From contig BEIL01000002.1 in NCBI GenBank assembly GCA_002898235.1, positions 51,264 through 115,263 of the forward strand: a stretch of DNA of 64,000 nucleotides, read 5' to 3'. The notes under the pieces are model-generated. The model did not search any database. It saw only the letters and a list, made by a program, of their open reading frames with translations, and was not told the origin of the DNA. A program made the position numbers and the translations under genes. Source of the DNA: a bacterium HR35 (GTDB lineage Bacteria; Patescibacteriota; Minisyncoccia; UBA6257; HR35). Below, in pieces: positions 1-7,944 of this stretch. Each line of letters opens with the position of its first letter. Within the stretch, counting starts at the first letter, position 1.

Positions 1-399
1 TATTTGAATATTCTTTAAAAGAGGCAGTCTGATCAAAAACAAGCCTAAAGTTAAAACTAAGAACAATAAAGAAAGAGAATTTAAGGTTAAAAATTCAGCT
101 AAAGATGGCAGTAAAGGAAAGATAAAAGAAGCAATTTCAAAAATTAGATTAAACCAAAGATTAAATAAGGTAAAGAATAAATGAAGATAATTTTCTAAAC
201 CTAATAATAGATAAAGAACGAAAATTAAAACTAAAATATCTTTTTTATTTAAAAAATAATTTTTTCCTTTTAAAGAAAAATAGTCAGCTAAAACCCGAGG
301 GAAAAGCCAGTTTTTTATTTGAAAAAGTCGAAAGATAGGTAATCCGCTTAAGAAAAAGCCAAACAAAGTTAAAACTAAACTTAAATTAATTGTTTCCAT
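1..399 (-). CDS. Partial gene running off the window edge; hydrophobic N-terminus, probably the membrane N-domain of a CPR MurF-like Mur ligase
   Basis: ATG at 399 overlaps the end of the hydrolase gene; open to base 1 (METINLSLVLTLFGFFLSGLPIFRLFQIKNWLFPRV...). MurF identity inferred from resemblance only; no catalytic domain in the window. Confidence 0.45.
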   Translation of the reverse strand, partial: METINLSLVLTLFGFFLSGLPIFRLFQIKNWLFPRVLADYFSLKGKNYFLNKKDILVLIFVLYLLLGLENYLHLFFTLFNLWFNLIFEIASFIFPLLPSLAEFLTLNSLSLLFLVLTLGLFLIRLPLLKNIQI

Positions 400-1111
400 T
401 TTCTAAAATAATTTTACTTAAAATTTTGGCAAAATTTTCTGGTTCTTCTTTATGATAACTATGCCCGCCATCTAAAATTATTAGTTCAGCATCGGGCATG
501 ATTTTTTTTAAAAAATAACCATGTTTTAAAGGAGTAATTTTGTCTTTCTTTCCCCAAAGAAGATAGGTTTTGTTTTTAACCATTTTAGCCTCTTCCCTTA
601 GATCTTTTCTAATATTAGCTAAAGTTTTTCTTAAATTTTCATCAGCTAAAAAATAATCATAACTTTTAATAATAAATTTATAAAAAGCTTTTTTAATTAA
701 AAAGACAAAATTTTTTGGCAAGAACAAAAAAATTGGTTTAACTATTTTACTTAAGAAATTAAAAATTTTAATTTTAAAAGTATTTGGTCTTAAGATAGCT
801 GGATTGTATAAAATTAATTTTTCTACTTGCTGAGGATGTTTGAGGGTATAAAGCAAGGCTAAGGCTCCTCCAAAAGAATGTCCTAAAAGAATAAATTTTT
901 CGATTTTTCTTAAATGGAGCTCTTTATTTAAATGCTCTTCTAAAAATTCTAAATAATCTTCTAAAGTATAAGGTCGATTTAAAGGAACTTCGCCAAATCC
1001 TGGTAAATCAAAAATAATCGGCTCAATGCTTTTATCTAAAAATTCTAAAACAGGCAAAAAACTTTTGGAACTACTACCCCAACCATGAAGCATCACTAAG
1101 GTTTTTTTCAT
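386..1111 (-). CDS. Alpha/beta hydrolase
   Basis: HGWG oxyanion motif, DLPGFG, GHSFGG nucleophile elbow, WGKKDKITP and C-terminal GGH. Confidence 0.9.
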   Translation of the reverse strand: MKKTLVMLHGWGSSSKSFLPVLEFLDKSIEPIIFDLPGFGEVPLNRPYTLEDYLEFLEEHLNKELHLRKIEKFILLGHSFGGALALLYTLKHPQQVEKLILYNPAILRPNTFKIKIFNFLSKIVKPIFLFLPKNFVFLIKKAFYKFIIKSYDYFLADENLRKTLANIRKDLREEAKMVKNKTYLLWGKKDKITPLKHGYFLKKIMPDAELIILDGGHSYHKEEPENFAKILSKIILENGNN

Positions 1112-1127
1112 CGTTTATAATTTTCTT

Positions 1128-3221
1128 ATGAAACTTGAAGAATTAGAAATTCCTATAAGAGAATTAAAAATAATTTCGTCCAAAGTTGCTTCAAAACTAG
1201 AAAAAAAGAAAATAAAAACAGTTAAGGACCTTCTTTTTTATTTTCCCTTTAATTATTTAGATTTTACTAAAATTAAAAAAATAAAAGAAATTAAAATTGA
1301 AGAAAAAGCTTTGATTAGTGGAAAAATTACTGATGTCCAAACATTTCTTTCACCCAAAAATAAAGTTTTTATTCTCCAAGCAACTTTAAGTGATGAAACT
1401 GGTTCAGTGAGGGTTATTTGGTTTAATCAACCTTATTTAGCTAAACAAATTAAGAGAGAAAAAAAACTTTTGGTTTTTGGCAAATTGACAAAGTCTTCAA
1501 GTCATCTCTACTTTCAGCCGATAAAATTTCATTTCTTAGAAGATGAAGGGGAAGAAATTTTTTTTCAAAAAATTGTTCCTGTTTATGAAGAAATTCAAGG
1601 CTTAAAAAGTAAATATTTAGAAAGACTCATCAATTATCTTTTTAACACTTATGAAATAGAAAACTTAGAAGACCCTTTACCTGAAATTATTTTGAAAGAA
1701 AAGAACTTCCCCTCTTTAGGTTCAGCTCTTAAAGAGATCCATCAGCCTTCAAGTTTTGAAAATTTAGAAAGAGCTAAAAAAAGACTTATTTTTGAAGAAC
1801 TTCTTTATATAGAATTAGCTCTTCTTTTGGAAAGACAAGATTTATCTCAAAATCAAGCCCCAATAATTTTAAAAGATAAAAGTTTAATCCAAGAATTTAT
1901 GAAACAATTTCCTTTTGATTTAACTCCAGGTCAAAAAAGAGTTTTAGATGAAATTTTTGCTGATTTTGAAAAAGGCAAACCAGCTAATCGCTTAATCCAA
2001 GGAGAAACTGGAGCAGGTAAGACTTTAGTTATTGAAATTGTTGCTCTTCATTTCCTTCACAATGGTTATCAAGTGGTTTTTATGGCACCAACTGAAATTT
2101 TAGCTCAACAACATTTTCAAAGATGCTTAACTCATTTTGCTTCTTATGATTTCGGCTTGGGCTTAATTACTTCAGGTCAAACTTATTTTGGTTTAAAAGG
2201 TTATCGAGTTTCAAAATCAATTTATGAACTTTTACGACTAATAGCTCAAGGAAGAATAAGTTTTTTGATAGGTACTCATGCTTTAATCGAAAATGAACTT
2301 CAATTTAAAAATGTTGGCTTAATTGTCATTGATGAACAACAGCGTTTTGGAGTAAGACAAAGACAAAAACTTTTAGAAAACACCAATCAAAATTTTTTGC
2401 CTCATTTTCTTTCAATTACCGCTACCCCTATCCCTCGAAGTTTAGCTTTGGCTCTTTATGGTGATTTAGATTTTTCCTATTTAGAAGATAAACCCCATGG
2501 CGTTAAAGAAGTAAAAACCTTTTTAATTCTCAATAAAGAAAAGGCAAAGTTAATGTATAAACTTTGTTTTCATGAGCTTCAAGAGGGCCATCAAATTTTT
2601 ATTATTTGCCCTAGAGTTGAAGATAAAGAAGATGAAAAAGCTTCAGTTAAAAAAGAATTCGAATTAGCTAAAAAAATTTTTAAAGACTATCAAGTTGCTT
2701 ATCTTTATGGCAAAATGTCTTCTTTTGAGAAAGAATCAATATTAAAAAAAATGCAAAGAAATGAAATTCAAGTTTTAGTTAGTTCTTCGGTTGTTGAAGT
2801 TGGTATTGATTTACCTTTAGCGACCGTCATTATAATCAAATCGCCAGAAAACTTTGGTTTGGCTCAACTTTATCAACTTCGCGGTCGTGTTGGTCGAAGT
2901 GTTCATCAAGGTTATTGTTTTTTAGTTCCTTCAAAATTAACCGAAAAAGCAAAATTAAGATTAAAATATTTTCTTCAAGCCAAATCAGCATTAGAACTTT
3001 CTGAATATGACCTTAAAATAAGAGGAGCCGGAGATTTTTTAGGCGAGAGACAAGCAGGTTTGCCTGATTTAGTAATGGAACATCTTAAGGATTTAAAATT
3101 AACTGCTGAAGTAAAAAAAACAGCGGAGAAAATATTAAATTTTTCTCAAGATTTAGCTCATTTCCCTAATTTAAAAAAGGAAGTTCTTAAAAGAAAAAAA
3201 GAGCTTTTAACTTTAGCCTAA
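1128..3221 (+). CDS. recG: ATP-dependent DNA helicase RecG
   Basis: Wedge domain (WFNQPY), Walker A GETGAGKT, MAPTEILAQQH, DEQQRFG, TATPIPRSL, QLRGRVGR, TRG motif DLKIRGAGDFLGERQAG. Confidence 0.97.
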   Translation: MKLEELEIPIRELKIISSKVASKLEKKKIKTVKDLLFYFPFNYLDFTKIKKIKEIKIEEKALISGKITDVQTFLSPKNKVFILQATLSDETGSVRVIWFNQPYLAKQIKREKKLLVFGKLTKSSSHLYFQPIKFHFLEDEGEEIFFQKIVPVYEEIQGLKSKYLERLINYLFNTYEIENLEDPLPEIILKEKNFPSLGSALKEIHQPSSFENLERAKKRLIFEELLYIELALLLERQDLSQNQAPIILKDKSLIQEFMKQFPFDLTPGQKRVLDEIFADFEKGKPANRLIQGETGAGKTLVIEIVALHFLHNGYQVVFMAPTEILAQQHFQRCLTHFASYDFGLGLITSGQTYFGLKGYRVSKSIYELLRLIAQGRISFLIGTHALIENELQFKNVGLIVIDEQQRFGVRQRQKLLENTNQNFLPHFLSITATPIPRSLALALYGDLDFSYLEDKPHGVKEVKTFLILNKEKAKLMYKLCFHELQEGHQIFIICPRVEDKEDEKASVKKEFELAKKIFKDYQVAYLYGKMSSFEKESILKKMQRNEIQVLVSSSVVEVGIDLPLATVIIIKSPENFGLAQLYQLRGRVGRSVHQGYCFLVPSKLTEKAKLRLKYFLQAKSALELSEYDLKIRGAGDFLGERQAGLPDLVMEHLKDLKLTAEVKKTAEKILNFSQDLAHFPNLKKEVLKRKKELLTLA

Positions 3222-3311
3222 TTTTCCACATTTTTAATTGATTTTTAAAAAAACCTTATTTAAAATTAAAAATTACTAGGGCGAAAAATTAACAAAAAAT
3301 TAACATTTTGC

Positions 3312-3340
3312 TTGACTTTTTTGAAATTGTAGGTTATAAA
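3312..3340 (+). promoter_or_regulatory. Sigma70-type promoter of the surface protein gene
   Basis: TTGACT (3312-3317), 17 bp spacer, TATAAA (3335-3340). Confidence 0.6.
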
Positions 3341-3393
3341 AATTTATATAAAAGGTCGTTAATTAAATCGGAAACACTAAATTAACAAATAAA

Positions 3394-3436
3394 ATTTCCT
3401 TCTGCCTTGGGGAAATTAATGAAGGTAGAAGGAAAT
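3394..3436 (+). promoter_or_regulatory. 15-bp stem-loop in the 5' leader
   Basis: atttccttctgcctt (3394-3408) pairs with aaggtagaaggaaat (3422-3436) with one G-U; 13-nt loop. Confidence 0.65.
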
Positions 3437-3453
3437 AAATAAAAATTAAAACA

Positions 3454-5289
3454 ATGAAAAAACTCTCTTTATTTTTAGGTCTCTCACTTTTAGCTTTTTC
3501 TTTCTTTCCTGGTTTTGCTACTAAAGCACAAACTTGCAATCCCGATGCTTTAGTTCCAGTTGCTTATGGCCAAAGAGGAGAAGCTGTTAGAAATGCTCAG
3601 GCTTGTTTAATGGAAGCTGGTTATGATATTCCAGCTGGAGCAACTGGTTATTATGGTTCTCAAACAAAAGCAGCTGTCAAAGCTTTTTATGCTGATTGGT
3701 ATGGAAATTGGGATGGAAGCAGATTGGGTCCTCAAGGAGTTCAACATCTTAAATCAGTTTTAGCAGGAGCTCCTTCTCAACCTTCTCAACCATCCCAACC
3801 ATCTCAACCATCTCAGCAAGATCAAACAGCTGCTCTCGTTGCTGCTGTTTTAGCTGCCCTTCAGCAAATGGGACTTCTTCCTTCAACTTCTACACAACAA
3901 CAAGCTTCTAAAGAGGAAGGCTTCTTGAGAGCAGAAAAAGATCCAACGGTTGCTGCTCCAGTTTTAAGAGAAGGTGAGAGTGGAAGAGTTGCTGGCTTTA
4001 GATTTAGAGCTGATAATGGAGCAGTTACTGTCCAATCCATCTTTTTGAGATGGGGAGGTTCAGTAGCTCCATATCGAGCTATTTCTGCTCTTAAGGTTGT
4101 TGACTCTTCTGGAAATACTCTTTATCAAACTCAAGTTGGTCCTTCAACTTTCCTTCAAGATTCTTCTCTTAATTACTACTTACCTATCACTGGTTTAAAT
4201 GTTCAAGTTCCTAAAAATGGCTACACCTCTGTTTTTGTTGAAGTAACAGTTGTGGGTACTCTTCCAAGCTCCGTTTCTTCAGGTCAATTCTATGTTAATC
4301 AAAATGATGTAAGAGGAGTTGATGGTGCTGGAGTTAATAGATTTGCTCCAGATAGCCCATTAACTTGGAATTTCTCTCTTCAACCATCACTTGCTGGCAA
4401 TGCTAGATTTGTTCTTTCTCTTAATCCCAATACACCAAAACAAGGATATGTTTTTGGCGATCCAGTCGATGGAAAAGCTTATCGAGTAAAAGTTCTCTCT
4501 TTCGATCTTCAAGCTAAAAACGATAACCTAAGAGTTACTCGAGTTGAAGGTAGCGTTACAAATACTTCAACTGTAAATGCAGTTTATCTTGCTCAAGGTT
4601 CTAACGTTATGGATGTTAGAACACCTTCTGCTACCGGAACTTTTGTTTTTGATATCACTCCGTCTAATTTTGTAGTTAATCGAGACCAATCAGTAACCCT
4701 TGATGTTTTAGTTGATTTCACTGCTAATGCTGCTCCAAGCGTAGCTACCCTTACAGTCTCTGTAGCCACAACCTCTGGCGTTAATAGCCTTGGCGATAAT
4801 GTTCAAACTACTTCAACAGTTGTTACTTCTGAACTTTTGAGAGCAGTAAGACTTGGTCCTCGATTTGCAGCAGTTGAAAAAACAATATCTGTAACTCGAG
4901 ATCAAAATAATAGCACCACAACTGTTCAATCTGTTGTCTTTAGAATCAATGTTACAGCCGTAGGTGGAACTTTATATGTTCCAGTTTCTAATACAGCTAC
5001 TATTACTCTAGAAACTGCTTCTGGAACCACTTCTGAAGTTAATGTTTCACCAACAACTGTAAGAGTTGGTTCTACAGTTGTTAGCCCTTCTGGTAGCTAT
5101 TACACTGTTCCTGAGGGTTCCACCTATGAGTTTGAATTTAGAACTTCAGGACAAACATTTACTGGTGCTCAATCTGTAAGAGCTCGCTTCTCATCTTTCG
5201 CTTTTGATAATGATAATTCTGGCAGCGTAATGGATACCGCTTCATTCCTTAATGATCTTCCTGAATTCTGGACAAATTGGAGCAACTAA
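3454..5289 (+). CDS. Secreted surface/S-layer-like protein with N-terminal peptidoglycan-binding-like domain
   Basis: Signal peptide (..ATKA/Q), PG-binding-like motifs GQRGEAVRNAQACL and ATGYYGSQTKAAVKAF, PSQ linker, Ser/Thr/Val-rich beta body; own promoter and terminator. Confidence 0.75.
   Translation: MKKLSLFLGLSLLAFSFFPGFATKAQTCNPDALVPVAYGQRGEAVRNAQACLMEAGYDIPAGATGYYGSQTKAAVKAFYADWYGNWDGSRLGPQGVQHLKSVLAGAPSQPSQPSQPSQPSQQDQTAALVAAVLAALQQMGLLPSTSTQQQASKEEGFLRAEKDPTVAAPVLREGESGRVAGFRFRADNGAVTVQSIFLRWGGSVAPYRAISALKVVDSSGNTLYQTQVGPSTFLQDSSLNYYLPITGLNVQVPKNGYTSVFVEVTVVGTLPSSVSSGQFYVNQNDVRGVDGAGVNRFAPDSPLTWNFSLQPSLAGNARFVLSLNPNTPKQGYVFGDPVDGKAYRVKVLSFDLQAKNDNLRVTRVEGSVTNTSTVNAVYLAQGSNVMDVRTPSATGTFVFDITPSNFVVNRDQSVTLDVLVDFTANAAPSVATLTVSVATTSGVNSLGDNVQTTSTVVTSELLRAVRLGPRFAAVEKTISVTRDQNNSTTTVQSVVFRINVTAVGGTLYVPVSNTATITLETASGTTSEVNVSPTTVRVGSTVVSPSGSYYTVPEGSTYEFEFRTSGQTFTGAQSVRARFSSFAFDNDNSGSVMDTASFLNDLPEFWTNWSN
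3772..3816 (+). repeat. 9-bp coding tandem repeat (PSQ x5)
   Basis: ccttctcaa ccttctcaa ccatcccaa ccatctcaa ccatctcag. Confidence 0.9.
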
Positions 5290-5316
5290 AGGTTTTATTT
5301 TTCTTTTTTAGCACCC

Positions 5317-5349
5317 ATAGCCCCTGCATCCAGCAGGGGCTATTTTTTT
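5317..5349 (+). terminator. Rho-independent terminator
   Basis: atagcccctgc-atcca-gcaggggctat stem followed by a T run, just after the surface protein gene. Confidence 0.9.
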
Positions 5350-5380
5350 ATGATAAAAATTTTTAATTTATAATTAACTT

Positions 5381-5648
5381 ATGAAAGAAATAGAATTTTT
5401 AAAGAAAAAGGCACAAAAATTTTATAGAAATGCAAAACAATAATCAATCACAAAAAAGCTTGACATCGATTAGAAAAAAGATAGTTGAAGAAAAAAGAAA
5501 ATATTTTGAAAATTATCTTGAATATGCGAGGAAAATAAAAGAAAAAGCAATTGAAGTTTTAGGTGAAGCAAGAGTTTTAGTTTTTGGTTGAGAAGAATTT
5601 CAAAACTGGTGGCAAAAATTTATAAAATCTGATTATCTTGAAGTATAA
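5381..5648 (+). pseudogene. Internally deleted HEPN + minimal nucleotidyltransferase (MNT) toxin-antitoxin remnant
   Basis: MKEIEFLKKKAQKFYRNAKQ* (HEPN-like start, 5381-5443), then KRKYFENYLEYARKIKEKAIEVLGEARVLVFG*EEFQNWWQKFIKSDYLEV* (MNT N- and C-termini, core missing). Confidence 0.65.
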
Positions 5649-5676
5649 TTAAAATTAGAAGCTAATAAGCTATTCT

Positions 5677-5749
5677 GCGGCGGTAGTTCAGCTGGTAGAA
5701 CGCCTCCCTTCCAAGGAGGAGGTCGCGGGTTCAAATCCCGTCCGCCGCT
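5677..5749 (+). tRNA. tRNA-Gly(TCC), CCA not encoded
   Basis: Acceptor GCGGCGG/CCGCCGC, D arm GTTC/GAAC, anticodon arm CCTCC-CTTCCAA-GGAGG, T loop TTCAAAT, discriminator U. Confidence 0.97.
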
Positions 5750-5773
5750 CAAATTTTTTTAGATTTTAATTCA

Positions 5774-7873
5774 ATGTTAGTTCAAGATTTTAAAAACATT
5801 CTCCTTTTTTTAATCTTTCTAATTCCTTTTACTTTGCTTATTTTTGATCCAGCAGTTCTTTTTCCTTATATTACGACCAAGGCTTTAATTTTTAGAGTTT
5901 TAGTTACTCTTTCTTTACCTTTTCTTTTTTATATTCTCCTTTTAGACAAAAAACCATTTCAAAAAATTAAAAATTATCTTCTTTTAGCTTGTTTTTTCTA
6001 TTTTCTTGTTTATTCTCTTTCTGGCTTTTTAGGACTTAATCCTTATCGTTCTTTTTGGGGTAATGCTGAAAGAATGGAAGGAATTTGGTCTTTATTTTTC
6101 TATTTTCTTTATTTTTTTATTTTGTACCTTCTTTTCTCTTATGACCCAAAACTTAAAAAAACAATTTTTTGGTCTTTCGCTTTAGTCTCTTTTTTGATAA
6201 GCATTTTAGAAATTTATCAATATTTTACCTTGGGAGCTTTAAGGCCATCAGCTACTTTAGGTAATCCTACTTATATTGGTTTTTTTAATCTTTTAATGTT
6301 CTTTCTTTTACTTTATTTTTATTTTGAAACAAAAGATAAACTTGAAAAACCAATTTTTATTTTTTTGGCTCTTTTAAATCTTTTTTCTCTTTTTACTTCA
6401 GAAACTCGAGGAAGCATTTTGGGGCTCTTAGCTGGTCTTTTTATTTTTGGTTTTTATTATGCCATTTTTTCACAAAAAGAACTTAAAAACAGGATTAAAA
6501 TCATATCTTTATTCTTAGTTGCTATCATAGCTTTTGTTTTAATACTTTTAAGTCCAATTTCTGCTTTTCTTCCAGGAATTAATCGACTTAGTGAAACTTT
6601 AAGAAACCCAGTTTCTGTTTTTCCTCGATTGTTTGCTTGGAAAATCTTTTTTGATGGCTTTAAGTCCAGTCCATTAATTGGTTACGGTCCAGAAACAGAA
6701 CCAATTGTTTTTTTTAAGTTTTTCGACCCAAAAATTTACGAATATGAAGCGGCTATTTTTGATCGTCCCCATAATAAATTTGTTCAAATTTTAGTTAATT
6801 CAGGAATTTTAGGAATGATTAGTTGGCTTTCAATTTTTATTGCTTTTTTTTATTATCTTTTTCAAAACAAAGAAATGAATTCTCTTCAAAAAGCTTCTCT
6901 TTCAGGATTTATTTTTGCTTATCTAGTTCAAAACTTTTCTTTATTTGATATGCAAGCAAGCTATTTAGTTTTTTTCTTTGGCTTAAGTTTAGTTATTCCT
7001 AAATTAGAATTTAAGTTTGATGAAGAAAAATTTATTCGGCCTTATTTAATTTTAGTTGGTGGTTTAAGTTTAATCTTTTTAACTTTTCATTTTAGTCACT
7101 ATTACATTCTTTCCTCTTTGATTAAAACAAGTAAAATGACAGATTATAATAAAGCTGCCGAAGAATTTGAAAGACTTTCAGAAATTGCTGGACCATTTTT
7201 AACCGAGGAAGCTATTCATCTAGTCCATCCTTATTTTTTTAAAGTAATTGAAAGTGGAGATAAATCAGCTTTAGAAGCAATTTTCCGTCTTTACGAAGTA
7301 ATTAAAAAAGCCTATAAAAAAGAACCTCTTGATCAACGATTGATAACCAAATCTTCTTCTCTTGATTTATATTTAGCCAATTTATTTTTAGTTAATAATT
7401 TACCCAAATATAATGACTATTTAACTAGTTTTCAAGAAACCATAGAAAAATCGATTGAATTTTACCCAAAAAATTACGAATTAATTATTTTTTATGCCCA
7501 AAACCTTGTTTTTTTAGAAAAAAACTATCCAAAGAAATTTAATTTTAAAGATAAGGTAATAAATCTTGTAGTTTCTCGAGAAAAATATTTTGAAAATTTC
7601 CCTCCTTATTTTTTAAATGAAGCAAAAATTATTTCCTTTTATGACAAAGATTTAGCTAAAGAAAAATTAAAGTTAGCTATCAAAAAAGGCTTAAATTTAA
7701 AAAAGGAACAATATGTTTCAACTATTTTAGATGTTTTGTCAGAAATAAAGGATAAAGAAATTTTAATTCAAGTTGTTAAAATTGTGGAAAAAGAAAAATT
7801 TTCAACTCAAACTCAAGAAAAAATTGAAAAAATTAAACTTGAATTTCTTTCAACTAGCACTCTCCACAATTAA
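5774..7873 (+). CDS. O-antigen ligase/oligosaccharyltransferase-like membrane protein with helical C-terminal domain
   Basis: Many TM segments, SFWGNAERMEG, RPSATLGNP, TRGSILGL, GYGPE, DRPHN motifs. Confidence 0.85.
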   Translation: MLVQDFKNILLFLIFLIPFTLLIFDPAVLFPYITTKALIFRVLVTLSLPFLFYILLLDKKPFQKIKNYLLLACFFYFLVYSLSGFLGLNPYRSFWGNAERMEGIWSLFFYFLYFFILYLLFSYDPKLKKTIFWSFALVSFLISILEIYQYFTLGALRPSATLGNPTYIGFFNLLMFFLLLYFYFETKDKLEKPIFIFLALLNLFSLFTSETRGSILGLLAGLFIFGFYYAIFSQKELKNRIKIISLFLVAIIAFVLILLSPISAFLPGINRLSETLRNPVSVFPRLFAWKIFFDGFKSSPLIGYGPETEPIVFFKFFDPKIYEYEAAIFDRPHNKFVQILVNSGILGMISWLSIFIAFFYYLFQNKEMNSLQKASLSGFIFAYLVQNFSLFDMQASYLVFFFGLSLVIPKLEFKFDEEKFIRPYLILVGGLSLIFLTFHFSHYYILSSLIKTSKMTDYNKAAEEFERLSEIAGPFLTEEAIHLVHPYFFKVIESGDKSALEAIFRLYEVIKKAYKKEPLDQRLITKSSSLDLYLANLFLVNNLPKYNDYLTSFQETIEKSIEFYPKNYELIIFYAQNLVFLEKNYPKKFNFKDKVINLVVSREKYFENFPPYFLNEAKIISFYDKDLAKEKLKLAIKKGLNLKKEQYVSTILDVLSEIKDKEILIQVVKIVEKEKFSTQTQEKIEKIKLEFLSTSTLHN

Positions 7874-7944
7874 CATCCTTGACTTTAAAAAAATTTTTTT
7901 TAATAATGGAAGTACAAAAAAATTAAAAATCTATTGTTTTAAAA

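Noticed and set aside
5588-5592. In-frame TGA in the MNT remnant (and at 13073) as code-25 Gly or Sec recoding
   Set aside because: TGA terminates intact core genes (thrS, infC, mreB copy 1, rplP); the MNT TGA arises at a deletion junction
5677-5749. tRNA-Gly as the integration site of a mobile element
   Set aside because: No duplicated tRNA 3' end noticed and no adjacent integrase
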